A stretch of DNA of 64,000 bases from contig JAWLCS010000007.1 of NCBI GenBank assembly GCA_041687035.1, forward strand, positions 3,793-67,792, read 5' to 3'. Below the pieces are notes generated by a model. It was not told where the DNA came from, searched no databases, and was given only the letters and a program-made list of their open reading frames with translations. The translations under genes were made by a program, and so were the position numbers. Positions 30,264 through 39,486 of the stretch are shown here, piece after piece (within the stretch, counting starts at the first letter, position 1; every line of letters begins with the position of its first letter). This DNA comes from Bacteroidales bacterium (lineage in GTDB: Bacteria; Bacteroidota; Bacteroidia; Bacteroidales; UBA7960).

Positions 30264-31046
30264 ATGAAACGAGCCCTATTGATTCTTTTGTGTTTTGCAG
30301 CACCGCTGGCTATTGTGGCACAGGACCTGGAAAGGACCTATCAGCCTGACGAGCCCGAGATTGGCATTTTCGAGCGGCTCGACCAGTATGTGCCCCTCGA
30401 CATTGAACTGATTAACGAAATTGGGCAGCGCGTGACTATTGAGCAGCTGGTTAACAAGCCCACTGTAATCGCACTGGTGTACTATCGCTGCCCCGGGATC
30501 TGTAGCCCGTTTATGGAGTCGATGGCCGAGGTGGTTTCGCGCAGCGACATGACCATTGGAAAAGAGTATCAGATTCTTTCCATCAGCTTTGATCCCCGCG
30601 AAGGCCCCGAGCTGGCCCGCACCAACCGCAACAACTATCATCACCTCATTAACAAAGAAATAGACCCCAATGGCTGGCAATTTTTCGTGGCCGACAGTGC
30701 CAACATAAAAAGAATTACCGAGGCTGTTGGTTTTAAATATAAGCGCACCGGTTTTGACTTTTTGCACACCTCGGCCATGATATTTATTGCCAACGATGGC
30801 AAAATTACCCGCTACCTGCATGGCACTTATTTTTTGCCCATCGACCTGAAAATGGCCGTAATAGAAACCGCCGAGGGAAAATCGGGCCCTTCGCTAAGCC
30901 GCGTGCTCTCTTATTGCTATACCTTTGACCCGGCCGGGCAGCAATATGTGCTGAACATTACCAAAGTGGCCGGCACCCTGATCCTTTTCTTCGCACTGGT
31001 CATTTTACTGTTCGTAGTCATAAAGCCAAAAAAACGCACGACTTAA
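30264..31046 (+). CDS. SCO1/SenC family copper chaperone (thioredoxin fold)
   Basis: CPGICSP (CxxxC) copper-binding motif, a downstream His (FLHTSAM), a signal sequence and a C-terminal TM anchor. Confidence 0.85.
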   Translation: MKRALLILLCFAAPLAIVAQDLERTYQPDEPEIGIFERLDQYVPLDIELINEIGQRVTIEQLVNKPTVIALVYYRCPGICSPFMESMAEVVSRSDMTIGKEYQILSISFDPREGPELARTNRNNYHHLINKEIDPNGWQFFVADSANIKRITEAVGFKYKRTGFDFLHTSAMIFIANDGKITRYLHGTYFLPIDLKMAVIETAEGKSGPSLSRVLSYCYTFDPAGQQYVLNITKVAGTLILFFALVILLFVVIKPKKRTT

Positions 31047-31064
31047 CCAATATTCCGCAACAAC

Positions 31065-32678
31065 ATGTCAGAAGCAAACAACGCCCACAACGTCAGTTAC
31101 CTTGAATATAAGGGGCAATACAAAGGTCTTTTAGCATGGATATTTTCCACCGACCACAAGCGGATCGGCTTGCTGTATCTATACACCATGCTGTTTTTCT
31201 TCTCGGTGGCAGCCATCCTGGGCTTATTAATGAAAACACAGCTCATTGCCCCAGGCTACACCATTATGGGGCCGCAAACTTACAACAGCCTGTTTACCCT
31301 GCACGGCATTATCATGATCTTTATCATTGTGGTGCCGGGGCTTCCTGCTGTTTTTGGCAACTTTTTCCTTCCCATAATGATCGGTGCCAAGGATGTGGCA
31401 TTCCCGAAGCTTAACCTGCTTTCATGGTGGTTCTACATTATCGGCATCCTGATTGTATTAACCTCGCAATTTATGGGCGATGGCCCTCCCGACACCGGCT
31501 GGACCTTTTATGCACCCTACAGTTTCCGCACACCCACCAACGTGCTGCCCGCGGTTTTTGGCGCTTTTGTCATGGGCTTTTCATCTATCCTTACCGGGAT
31601 AAACTTCGTTGTAACCATTCACCGCATGCGGGCACCGGGTATGACTTGGTTCAAAATGCCGCTCTTCCCCTGGACCCTTTATGGCACCGCCTGGATTCAG
31701 ATCTTGGCCACTCCCGTGATCGGCATCACCCTGCTGCTTATTGTAGCCGAGCGCCTTATGGGCATAGGTATTTTCGATCCAGCCCTGGGCGGCGACCCCA
31801 TTCTTTACCAGCACCTGTTCTGGATATACTCACACCCGGCCGTTTACATCATGATTCTTCCGGGCATGGGCGCCATTAGCGAGATCATTCCCGTATTTTC
31901 GAGAAAAACCATTTTCGGATACAAGGCCATTGTGCTTTCTACCATGGCCATTGCCTTTGTGGGTTATTTTGTGTGGGGTCACCACATGTTTACTTCGGGC
32001 ATGAGCGGCAGAGCCCTTTATACCTTCTCATTCCTTACCTTCCTGGTGGCCATTCCTTCAGCTATCAAGGTGTTCAACTGGGTAAGCACCATGCACAAAG
32101 GATCCCTGCATATGCAAACCCCATTTTACTGGGCAGTATCCTTCATTTTTGTGTTTATGATTGGTGGCCTTACCGGCTTGGTACTGGGCTCACTGGCTAC
32201 CAACGTGCATGTGCACGACACCCACTTTGTGGTGGCACACTTCCACTTTATTGTATTCGGCGGCACTGGTTATGCTTTTATGGCTGCACTGCACTATTGG
32301 TTTCCCAAAATGTTCGGCCGAATGTACGACATAAGCTGGGCCAACCTGGGCTGGGGAATCTTCTTTATTGGCTTCAACGCCCTATATCTGCCCATGTTCT
32401 ACCTGGGCATTCTGGGTATGCCGCGCAGGTATTACGACTATCTGCCCGATTTCCACGGCGGTAACATTATTTCCTCACTGGGGGCCTGGGTAATGGTTTC
32501 GGGCATTGTCATCATTTTTGCCAACCTTATCCGTTCGGCCCGTCATGGAGAAAAAACCTCCGACAAGAATCCCTGGGGCGGAAAAACACTGGAGTGGCAG
32601 GTCGACACCCCTCCCACCCTCGAAAACTTCGAAGAAATTCCCACTATCGTGAAGGGGCCTTACGATTATGAAGACTAA
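31065..32678 (+). CDS. ctaD: cytochrome c oxidase subunit I (A2-type haem-copper oxidase)
   Basis: WFFGHP-like region FWIYSHPAVYIMILPGMG, plus HHMFTSG and VHDTHFVVAHFH. Twelve TM helices. Confidence 0.95.
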   Translation: MSEANNAHNVSYLEYKGQYKGLLAWIFSTDHKRIGLLYLYTMLFFFSVAAILGLLMKTQLIAPGYTIMGPQTYNSLFTLHGIIMIFIIVVPGLPAVFGNFFLPIMIGAKDVAFPKLNLLSWWFYIIGILIVLTSQFMGDGPPDTGWTFYAPYSFRTPTNVLPAVFGAFVMGFSSILTGINFVVTIHRMRAPGMTWFKMPLFPWTLYGTAWIQILATPVIGITLLLIVAERLMGIGIFDPALGGDPILYQHLFWIYSHPAVYIMILPGMGAISEIIPVFSRKTIFGYKAIVLSTMAIAFVGYFVWGHHMFTSGMSGRALYTFSFLTFLVAIPSAIKVFNWVSTMHKGSLHMQTPFYWAVSFIFVFMIGGLTGLVLGSLATNVHVHDTHFVVAHFHFIVFGGTGYAFMAALHYWFPKMFGRMYDISWANLGWGIFFIGFNALYLPMFYLGILGMPRRYYDYLPDFHGGNIISSLGAWVMVSGIVIIFANLIRSARHGEKTSDKNPWGGKTLEWQVDTPPTLENFEEIPTIVKGPYDYED

Positions 32679-32702
32679 GCAATAACCAAAAAACAGGAGA
32701 TT

Positions 32703-33299
32703 ATGACCGTACATCGCGATGACCTGGGAGACAAAATGGGCATGTGGCTCTTTATCTTTACTGAGCTGCTGCTATTTGGGATGCTCTTTGTAGTTTATGC
32801 CGTTTACCGCTCCATGCACCCCGAAGCCTTCAAAATGGGCGGAGACGAGCTGGATGTGGTTATGGGTACCATCAACACAATAATCCTGCTCATCAGCAGT
32901 ATGACCGTAGCCATGTCGATCTCGGCAATGCAAAAGGGAAATAAAAAACTGGCATTGACTCTGCTAACCATCACCCTTTTTATTGCCATAGTTTTTCTTG
33001 TCAACAAATACTTTGAATGGGGCGCCAAATTTGAGTATGGTTTCAACCCCGGGGCTGCCGAACTTCTCGAACTGGGCCATGGAACCATCCTTTTCTTCGG
33101 GCTGTATTTTATCATGACAGGCATTCACGCCCTGCACATACTTATTGGCATTGGCCTGTTCATTTATGTGTTTTGGCAGATTAGAAAAGACAAAATCCAT
33201 CAGACCGACTACGTCTGGCTCGAGAACACCGGCCTTTACTGGCACTTGGTCGACCTGATCTGGATTTTTCTGTTCCCCCTGTTTTACCTGATTCATTAA
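32703..33299 (+). CDS. ctaE: cytochrome c oxidase subunit III
   Basis: 198-aa five-TM protein with FIMTGIHALHILIG and C-terminal YWHLVDLIWIFLFPLFYL. Confidence 0.88.
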   Translation: MTVHRDDLGDKMGMWLFIFTELLLFGMLFVVYAVYRSMHPEAFKMGGDELDVVMGTINTIILLISSMTVAMSISAMQKGNKKLALTLLTITLFIAIVFLVNKYFEWGAKFEYGFNPGAAELLELGHGTILFFGLYFIMTGIHALHILIGIGLFIYVFWQIRKDKIHQTDYVWLENTGLYWHLVDLIWIFLFPLFYLIH

Positions 33300-33312
33300 A
33301 AACGGAGTTGTT

Positions 33313-33597
33313 ATGAGCGAAGAAAAACATCACATAGTAAGCTACCGCACCCATGTATTTGTTTTGCTGGCCCTGCTGGTACTCACAGGCATTAGTGTGG
33401 CCATTACGCGCCTTGAAATGGGCCCGATGAACACATTGGCTGCCATGATTATTGCCGGAATAAAAGCAACCATAGTGCTGGCCTGGTTTATGCACCTCAA
33501 GTTCGAAAGCCGCTTCTTTGCCTTTATGGTTTCGGCTGTGGTGGTCGTATTTCTGCTGGTATTGCTTGTCACCTTTTTCGATTATTCATACAGATAA
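33313..33597 (+). CDS. ctaF: cytochrome c oxidase subunit IV (prokaryotic COX4 family)
   Basis: 94-aa three-TM protein beginning HHIVSYRTHVFVLLALLVLT, placed directly after subunit III. Confidence 0.7.
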   Translation: MSEEKHHIVSYRTHVFVLLALLVLTGISVAITRLEMGPMNTLAAMIIAGIKATIVLAWFMHLKFESRFFAFMVSAVVVVFLLVLLVTFFDYSYR

Positions 33598-33606
33598 TAT
33601 TGCCTT

Positions 33607-34548
33607 ATGAACTCTGGAGCATCAACATTTGTAGAAGGCGTCGACAATGCCTTTATATTCATCCTGGGAATTTCTTTTTTCTTCCTTATCGGGATAACCC
33701 TGGTGATGATTCTTTTCCTTATCCGCTATAACAAGAATAAACATCCCAAAGCGGTTCAGATCGAGGGCAGCACCAAACTGGAAATCATCTGGACGGTTAT
33801 TCCGCTCGCCCTGGTAATAGGTATGTTTTATTACGGCTATGTAGGCTGGAAACCCATGAAGAGAATCCCTTCCGAAGGAGTTGAGATAACCGCCAACGCC
33901 CGCATGTGGAGTTTTTCCTTTCGCTATGACAACGGCAGGGTTACCGACAAACTTTATGTTCCAAAAGACACGGCCATTATCCTGAACCTGAATGCCGTTG
34001 ATGTGATTCACTCACTCTACATCCCTGCTTTCAGGGTAAAAGAAGATATGGTACCCGGCCTTGCCAACAACCGCTTGTGGTTTGAAGCCACCAAGCTGGG
34101 GAGCTATTCGCTTTTCTGCACTGAATATTGCGGCTTGCAGCACAGCTATATGCACACCGAAGTGGTGGTAATGGAGCCGGAAGAATTCTGGACCTGGTAT
34201 TCTGACACCACCGGGGTTGCACTGCCCGTTGATGAAGGCGCCGACCTGGCCCTTCTTGGAAGACAAATCGTGGAAAGCAAAGGCTGCCTGGCTTGTCACT
34301 CGCTCGATGGGTCAACCATTATTGGGCCAACCTTTAGGGGCGTCTGGGGAACCAATGTGCCAGTGATCACACAGGGACAGGAACGGGAGGTGCTTTTTGA
34401 TTACGATTATGTGAAGCGTTCTATTTACGAACCCGATTATGACATCCACAAAGGTTACCGCGCCGGACAAATGTTTTCCTATGAAGGTGAAATAACCGAG
34501 CAACAAATTGAGTTAATAGTGGAGTTCCTCAAAACATTAAATGAATAG
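33607..34548 (+). CDS. ctaC: cytochrome c oxidase subunit II with a fused C-terminal cytochrome c domain (caa3 type)
   Basis: Two N-terminal TM helices. CuA ligands lie in DVIHSLYIP and CTEYCGLQHSYM. The C-terminal CLACHS is a haem c motif. Confidence 0.9.
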   Translation: MNSGASTFVEGVDNAFIFILGISFFFLIGITLVMILFLIRYNKNKHPKAVQIEGSTKLEIIWTVIPLALVIGMFYYGYVGWKPMKRIPSEGVEITANARMWSFSFRYDNGRVTDKLYVPKDTAIILNLNAVDVIHSLYIPAFRVKEDMVPGLANNRLWFEATKLGSYSLFCTEYCGLQHSYMHTEVVVMEPEEFWTWYSDTTGVALPVDEGADLALLGRQIVESKGCLACHSLDGSTIIGPTFRGVWGTNVPVITQGQEREVLFDYDYVKRSIYEPDYDIHKGYRAGQMFSYEGEITEQQIELIVEFLKTLNE

Positions 34549-35416
34549 AAAGGAATTTTTTGGGCCTCTTCTGGCATTGGTTCAGCTTACCAAACCCATT
34601 ATTACCCTTTCCGTTGCATTAACTGCCCTGACCGGTTTTCTTTTGAGTCAGGGCTTTTTTGCTGAAGGCTGGGTTTTGGCCGTGCTGGGTGTTTACCTGC
34701 TTTCGGCTGGCTCTGCAACTATCAACCACATTCAGGAGGCAGAACCCGACAGTCTTATGCTTCGCACAAGCCTCAGGCCAATCCCTTCTGGCAGAGTTTC
34801 AAAAAGAGGAGCAGCATTTTTCGCAAGCGTACTTTCTATAGCCGGAATTGTTCTTTTGGCCATGCTGGAAAGTAAAATTCCATTAATCATTGGGTTGATT
34901 ACCTTAACCTGGTACAACCTGGTGTATACCCGGCTAAAAAAGATAACGGCTTTTGCGGTAGTGCCGGGATCATTGGTAGGAGCTTTGCCCCCGGTCATTG
35001 GCTGGACAGCTGCCGGAGGTCATATCTTGCATCCGCATATTATACTGGTGGCCTTTTTCTTTTTTATCGGACAAATACCCCATTTCTGGCTTATCTTGCT
35101 GAAATATGGCAACGATTACGAAAAGGCGGGATTTCCAACCATTACGCGCCTGTTTACCAGCAAGCAAATTGCAAACCTTACCCTTATATGGGTTGCTGCT
35201 ACAGCCATGGCAGCCATTTTACCGGCCCTTTTTGGGGTTATTCACTCACCCGTTTTGGCACTCAGCGTTTTTGTCTTTGCCCTGGCCCTATTATATTCCT
35301 TCCGGAAATGGCATGACAAATCAGAACAGCCCGACCCCCAACCGGCATTTTTTGCCATAAATATTTTTTATCTCACAATGATGCTTGTTTTTATTGCTGA
35401 TGCACTACTGCGATAA
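34541..35416 (+). CDS. ctaB: protohaem IX farnesyltransferase (haem O synthase)
   Basis: UbiA-family polytopic protein (NHIQEAEPDSLMLRTSLRPIPSGR) that overlaps the ctaC stop by 8 nt. Confidence 0.85.
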   Translation: MNRKEFFGPLLALVQLTKPIITLSVALTALTGFLLSQGFFAEGWVLAVLGVYLLSAGSATINHIQEAEPDSLMLRTSLRPIPSGRVSKRGAAFFASVLSIAGIVLLAMLESKIPLIIGLITLTWYNLVYTRLKKITAFAVVPGSLVGALPPVIGWTAAGGHILHPHIILVAFFFFIGQIPHFWLILLKYGNDYEKAGFPTITRLFTSKQIANLTLIWVAATAMAAILPALFGVIHSPVLALSVFVFALALLYSFRKWHDKSEQPDPQPAFFAINIFYLTMMLVFIADALLR

Positions 35417-35442
35417 AAAAAGGGATGCCGCTACGGCACCCC
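35415..35442 (-). terminator. rho-independent terminator for the minus-strand copper-protein gene
   Basis: On the minus strand, ggggtgccg-tag-cggcatccc (one mismatch) is followed by a T7 run. Confidence 0.65.
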
Positions 35443-35484
35443 TCTAATGACCACCCGATAAGGAAAGAGAACATAAACCCCGAA

Positions 35485-37275
35485 CTATTTGTTAATCAGG
35501 CTGATCAATGCGATCATTAGTGCTGTAGCAGCTAATATTAAAACAAACCACACCATTTTACTGGTTGGCCCTGAACCGCTTCCTGCATATTGCACATTAG
35601 GCGATCTGGTGTCTTTCGAAACAATAATCTTACCCTCCATGTAGGGATGCGGAGTACAGATATAGGTATATTCACCCTCAGCATTCAACACCTGCGAATG
35701 GCTCTCGGCATGGGCCAGCATGTCAGAGGCAAAACGCTCAGGACCGGATTTCACAATCACATTATGGATGCCAGAGAATTCACCCTCCATATAGGTAAAT
35801 ACATCTTCGTTGATCCATCTTACCGTTGTACCCGGCGTAACCTGTATCACTTTGGGGTGGTAAGAATTTCCAATGATCCTTACGATAACCTCCTTCACAT
35901 CCGGGCCATACACCACCGGCACATCCACGTCGGGCGATCCGATACCAAAAGGGGTAATGGTTCTTATCGCCTTTTCGCGAAATTCGGCCATTTGCTCATC
36001 GGTGTAATTAATCCCATCAGAGAGATAGGTTTTATTTGGTGCGGCATCACGGTCGCAAATGAGCAAGCCGATGGCGCCCCGGTCGGTCGATCCAACAGCG
36101 TGAGATAGCATCAGGTAACTGCCTTCATCCGGGGGTATTCGAAACTCGACAACCCACGAATCGGAAGGCCCGGCTGTAACGGTTTGACCCCCAATAAACT
36201 TGTTGTCGGGGTGGCCTTGCCAATAGGCAAAATCCCAGATTATGCCCACAATGTGAAAGGTAGATAAAAGGTTCGGACCGGCATTCAGGAAGTTGATCCT
36301 CACATAATCCCCCGGTTTCCCAACAATCGGTTCTTCCACATAACGGAATAACTTACCGTTGAAGGCTGTGTACATGGGCTTTCCCTGTCCCTCAACGGCA
36401 TCTTTTCCTGAAGCATAATATTCATGCTGAAGCAAAAAGATTTCGATATCCGGTTCCTTGCCAAGAATTCTTTCCAGTTCAAACTTCTTCTTTGGCCGAA
36501 CCACCATCATGCCATATTGTCCAAAAATAATATGCATGGGGATAGCGTGGCCGCCAGGGGCACAGTGGTACATGTAAACACCAGGCATATTGGCCTGAAA
36601 TACCACACTTGCGCTATCGTTTGGCTCAATTTTTCCAAGATATTTGGAAGTCTGACTGTTTACAGAATGAATGGAAGCCCCATGAGGCAATTCGCCGGTG
36701 TTCACGATTTTAAACTCTACAATATCGCCCTCATCAACAATAATGGTTGGTCCCGGAATTTTCCCGTCAATAGTAAATCCCTTATACATAACTCCATTGC
36801 CAAGATAAGAATCACCTTCCTCCAGCGTAATTCTTACCCTTTTATTGGGGGTAGTGTTCTGGGGCACAAAACTGGTGGGAGGAATGGGCAATCGGTTGTC
36901 ACGGCGGATAATATCAATAAAATCGACATTGCTTCCAAGAGGGACATTTGCCCTGGCACTAACCTGCTGAACCGACTGAACATTGGTTGCGCCTTCTTGT
37001 GCAACTGGTATTGGCTCATTGGAAGCAATAAGGGTATTATTCGACCAGCCAACTTCCTGGGCAGCAGGGTTATTCCTCCCAACATACTCCTGGGCCGAAA
37101 TGGTGGCAAGCAACTCCTGCGAAACCAGCGAACCAGCTCTTTGGTTTTTTAGTTGGGCCAGAAATAAACGGTTACAAGCTTCACAGGCATTCGAGGTTTG
37201 AAAAATTCCAGGTAACAGAAACAACAATAAAAACAAGTGGAACCTCCACTTATCTTTTCGAAAATGGCTTTTCAT
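35485..37275 (-). CDS. NirK-like two-domain multicopper protein fused to a C-terminal amicyanin-like cupredoxin and a TM anchor
   Basis: - Signal peptide.
- IPGPTIIVDEGD...LPHGASIHS...YMYHCAPGGHAIPMHIIFGQ (NirK-type T1/T2 Cu contexts), and LMLSHAVG.
- C-terminal GIHNV...YICTPHPYMEGKIIV cupredoxin.
- Final hydrophobic helix MVWFVLILAATALMIALISLI. Confidence 0.75.
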   Translation of the reverse strand: MKSHFRKDKWRFHLFLLLFLLPGIFQTSNACEACNRLFLAQLKNQRAGSLVSQELLATISAQEYVGRNNPAAQEVGWSNNTLIASNEPIPVAQEGATNVQSVQQVSARANVPLGSNVDFIDIIRRDNRLPIPPTSFVPQNTTPNKRVRITLEEGDSYLGNGVMYKGFTIDGKIPGPTIIVDEGDIVEFKIVNTGELPHGASIHSVNSQTSKYLGKIEPNDSASVVFQANMPGVYMYHCAPGGHAIPMHIIFGQYGMMVVRPKKKFELERILGKEPDIEIFLLQHEYYASGKDAVEGQGKPMYTAFNGKLFRYVEEPIVGKPGDYVRINFLNAGPNLLSTFHIVGIIWDFAYWQGHPDNKFIGGQTVTAGPSDSWVVEFRIPPDEGSYLMLSHAVGSTDRGAIGLLICDRDAAPNKTYLSDGINYTDEQMAEFREKAIRTITPFGIGSPDVDVPVVYGPDVKEVIVRIIGNSYHPKVIQVTPGTTVRWINEDVFTYMEGEFSGIHNVIVKSGPERFASDMLAHAESHSQVLNAEGEYTYICTPHPYMEGKIIVSKDTRSPNVQYAGSGSGPTSKMVWFVLILAATALMIALISLINK

Positions 37276-37461
37276 GGCACTGATTTTTAGGGGTTAAAGA
37301 CTTCTTGAACTCTTTCATTAATAAAGTTAAAAAAATATTTTTATTTTTCAGTATTTATTTACTTAATTACTTGTTAATTTTATCAATTATTTTGAGTTTG
37401 CATTTTAATGAAAAATTTTTCTCATATCACAATTAACCCTATATTTACAAAAAAAAACGCC

Positions 37462-38034
37462 ATGAAGAAATTTCCCAAACTCGGTTTGCTTCTCAGCATG
37501 CTTTTCGCGAGCACTTTTGTTTTTGGCCAGGCTCCTGCCACTGAAACGGGCATTATTGACCGCATCATAACTTTTTGGCCTTTTGTAGTTGTTTTGGTTT
37601 TGTTGTTATTGGCCGTACTCTGGTATCAGAACATCAAGGCCATGCGCAAGGGGCGCGAAACGGGCCGCAGAAGGCCTGCCGGACTAAACCCTATCGTTTT
37701 CCTGGGAATTGTTACCGTTTTTGCCGTTATTCTGCTTGCCCTGCCCTTATACCTCAACACCCTTGAGGAAAAAATGGGCAAGGACCCTCAGGCCATTGAA
37801 ATCGCACCGGAAAACCGCATGGAAACCATTTTCATGGTGGAAGGCATGACCTGTACCGGTTGCGAAAATGCCATCATTAAACGGGTAAGCGGATTGGAAG
37901 GGGTGAAAACCGTTGATGCGGACCACGTGAAAATGCAAACCCAGGTTGTTTATGATAAGTCGAAAGTCAGCGAAGACAAAATAGTAGAGGCCATTGTTGA
38001 TGCCGGCTACACCGTAACCGGCAAGTTCGAATAA
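37462..38034 (+). CDS. membrane-tethered heavy-metal-associated (HMA) domain protein
   Basis: Signal peptide, two TM helices flanking an Arg-rich loop, then an HMA fold with the GMTCTGCENAI (MxCxxC) motif. I chose the ATG at 37462. Confidence 0.75.
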   Translation: MKKFPKLGLLLSMLFASTFVFGQAPATETGIIDRIITFWPFVVVLVLLLLAVLWYQNIKAMRKGRETGRRRPAGLNPIVFLGIVTVFAVILLALPLYLNTLEEKMGKDPQAIEIAPENRMETIFMVEGMTCTGCENAIIKRVSGLEGVKTVDADHVKMQTQVVYDKSKVSEDKIVEAIVDAGYTVTGKFE

Positions 38035-38063
38035 AAAACAGCATCATTTTTCTGACTTTTTGA

Positions 38064-38095
38064 GCCACTGGTAAAGTGCCAGTGGCTATTATCGT
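38064..38095 (+). terminator. probable rho-independent terminator
   Basis: gccactgg-taaagtg-ccagtggc followed by a T-rich tail tattatcgtattat. Confidence 0.45.
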
Positions 38096-38240
38096 ATTAT
38101 CTTATCGCAACTGAAACTCCTTCAAATCCAATTATTTTACGTATATTTATAGTCAGCAAGTGGCCTTTCATCCGTTATTGAATTGGCATAAACTGAATCT
38201 TAAGCAATAATATTTTAATGACATTTTAAACATACTTTTT

Positions 38241-39404
38241 ATGCTAAAAAAACTTACCCTTCTATTGCTTTTTCCGGTAATGACACTCAACGCCCAATTC
38301 AAGAGTGTTCAGTACAATTACGAAAAAAACTGGCTGGGCGAGAACCAGCCCCTGCCTGCCGAGAGTCAGTGGATGCTGAATGGCATTCTTCCAGCAGGTA
38401 TCAACATGGTGGAGCTTTTACTTTATGGATCCACTGATTTGGAAAAGAAGCCTCTTTTTGCAGCCAATTACAGGAAGGCGGCAGAGTTCCAAGAGCAAAG
38501 CTTTTCCATACCCGTAAACTATGTGCTAAGGGGAAACAACCAATACACCCTGCGCATTAATTATTTCAGGCCTGCCTCGCGCGAAGAAGTAAACCTTTTG
38601 GGAACCATGATCAGGGAAGCCATCGATGCTTACCTTAACATGTCAGTGGTTTCGGGCCGCAATAGCGTTTCCCTGGCCAAACATCCGCGGCTAATGCGGC
38701 AGGAACTCGACCAGATCGTATCAAAAGGCCTCGAACTTTACCGAAACAAGATAGGGGTCGGATTTCCGGGTTTTTCCGACCTTGTTTACAACAAGCTGGA
38801 GCGCATCAACGACCTGAGCCTGCGCCGGGCACGTTTCAATATTTTAAGCCAGGAGGGCGAAGACGACAGGGCACTGCGCGTGGCATTCTTTCAGCAAAAC
38901 CTCGAAGACCTCAAGCAAATGGTTTCCCAAGAGTTGAATCAATACCTGGCCTTTGACTTCCTGGTGCTGACCGACTCAAGGTTGCTCCCCAACTATCCCA
39001 GCGAGCGCACCCGCAGTACCCTTCCCATCAACTTTGGCTATGCGGGCATTTACAACAAAGGCGGCTTCAGCGATCTGTCATACGACAGCGCGCCCTATGC
39101 CGGCATCTCATTTCCCCTGGGCAACCCCGCCCTTGCTGGTAAGTTACGCAGCAACAGTTCCATTTCGGCCGGCCTGTTCCTTACCAACTTCGATTTTGGC
39201 GATGACCGTGAAATTACCGGGCCCCTGATCGGGCGCCCCATTTATGTGGCCTACGGTTACAAAACAGCCTACTTCCTCAGATTCAATGCCGGCATGGCCA
39301 TCCTGCAGGAAGAAAAGAATAACAACTCCAGCAGCAACATTTTCGTTAAGCCCTTTGTGGGGCTGAGCCTCGAACTCAATCTCTGGCTGGGTCTGAGCCG
39401 TTAA
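38241..39404 (+). CDS. secreted hypothetical protein (possible outer-membrane protein)
   Basis: Signal peptide MLKKLTLLLLFPVMTLNAQ. The C-terminal third has alternating hydrophobic/aromatic beta-strand-like sequence ending LELNLWLGLSR. Confidence 0.6.
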   Translation: MLKKLTLLLLFPVMTLNAQFKSVQYNYEKNWLGENQPLPAESQWMLNGILPAGINMVELLLYGSTDLEKKPLFAANYRKAAEFQEQSFSIPVNYVLRGNNQYTLRINYFRPASREEVNLLGTMIREAIDAYLNMSVVSGRNSVSLAKHPRLMRQELDQIVSKGLELYRNKIGVGFPGFSDLVYNKLERINDLSLRRARFNILSQEGEDDRALRVAFFQQNLEDLKQMVSQELNQYLAFDFLVLTDSRLLPNYPSERTRSTLPINFGYAGIYNKGGFSDLSYDSAPYAGISFPLGNPALAGKLRSNSSISAGLFLTNFDFGDDREITGPLIGRPIYVAYGYKTAYFLRFNAGMAILQEEKNNNSSSNIFVKPFVGLSLELNLWLGLSR

Positions 39405-39486
39405 TCTTTTTTATGCAGGGCGCTTTCGCGGAAAATGACGAAACTGCCCCGGAAATCGAATCACAAACTGGCAAAAACCCATCACG

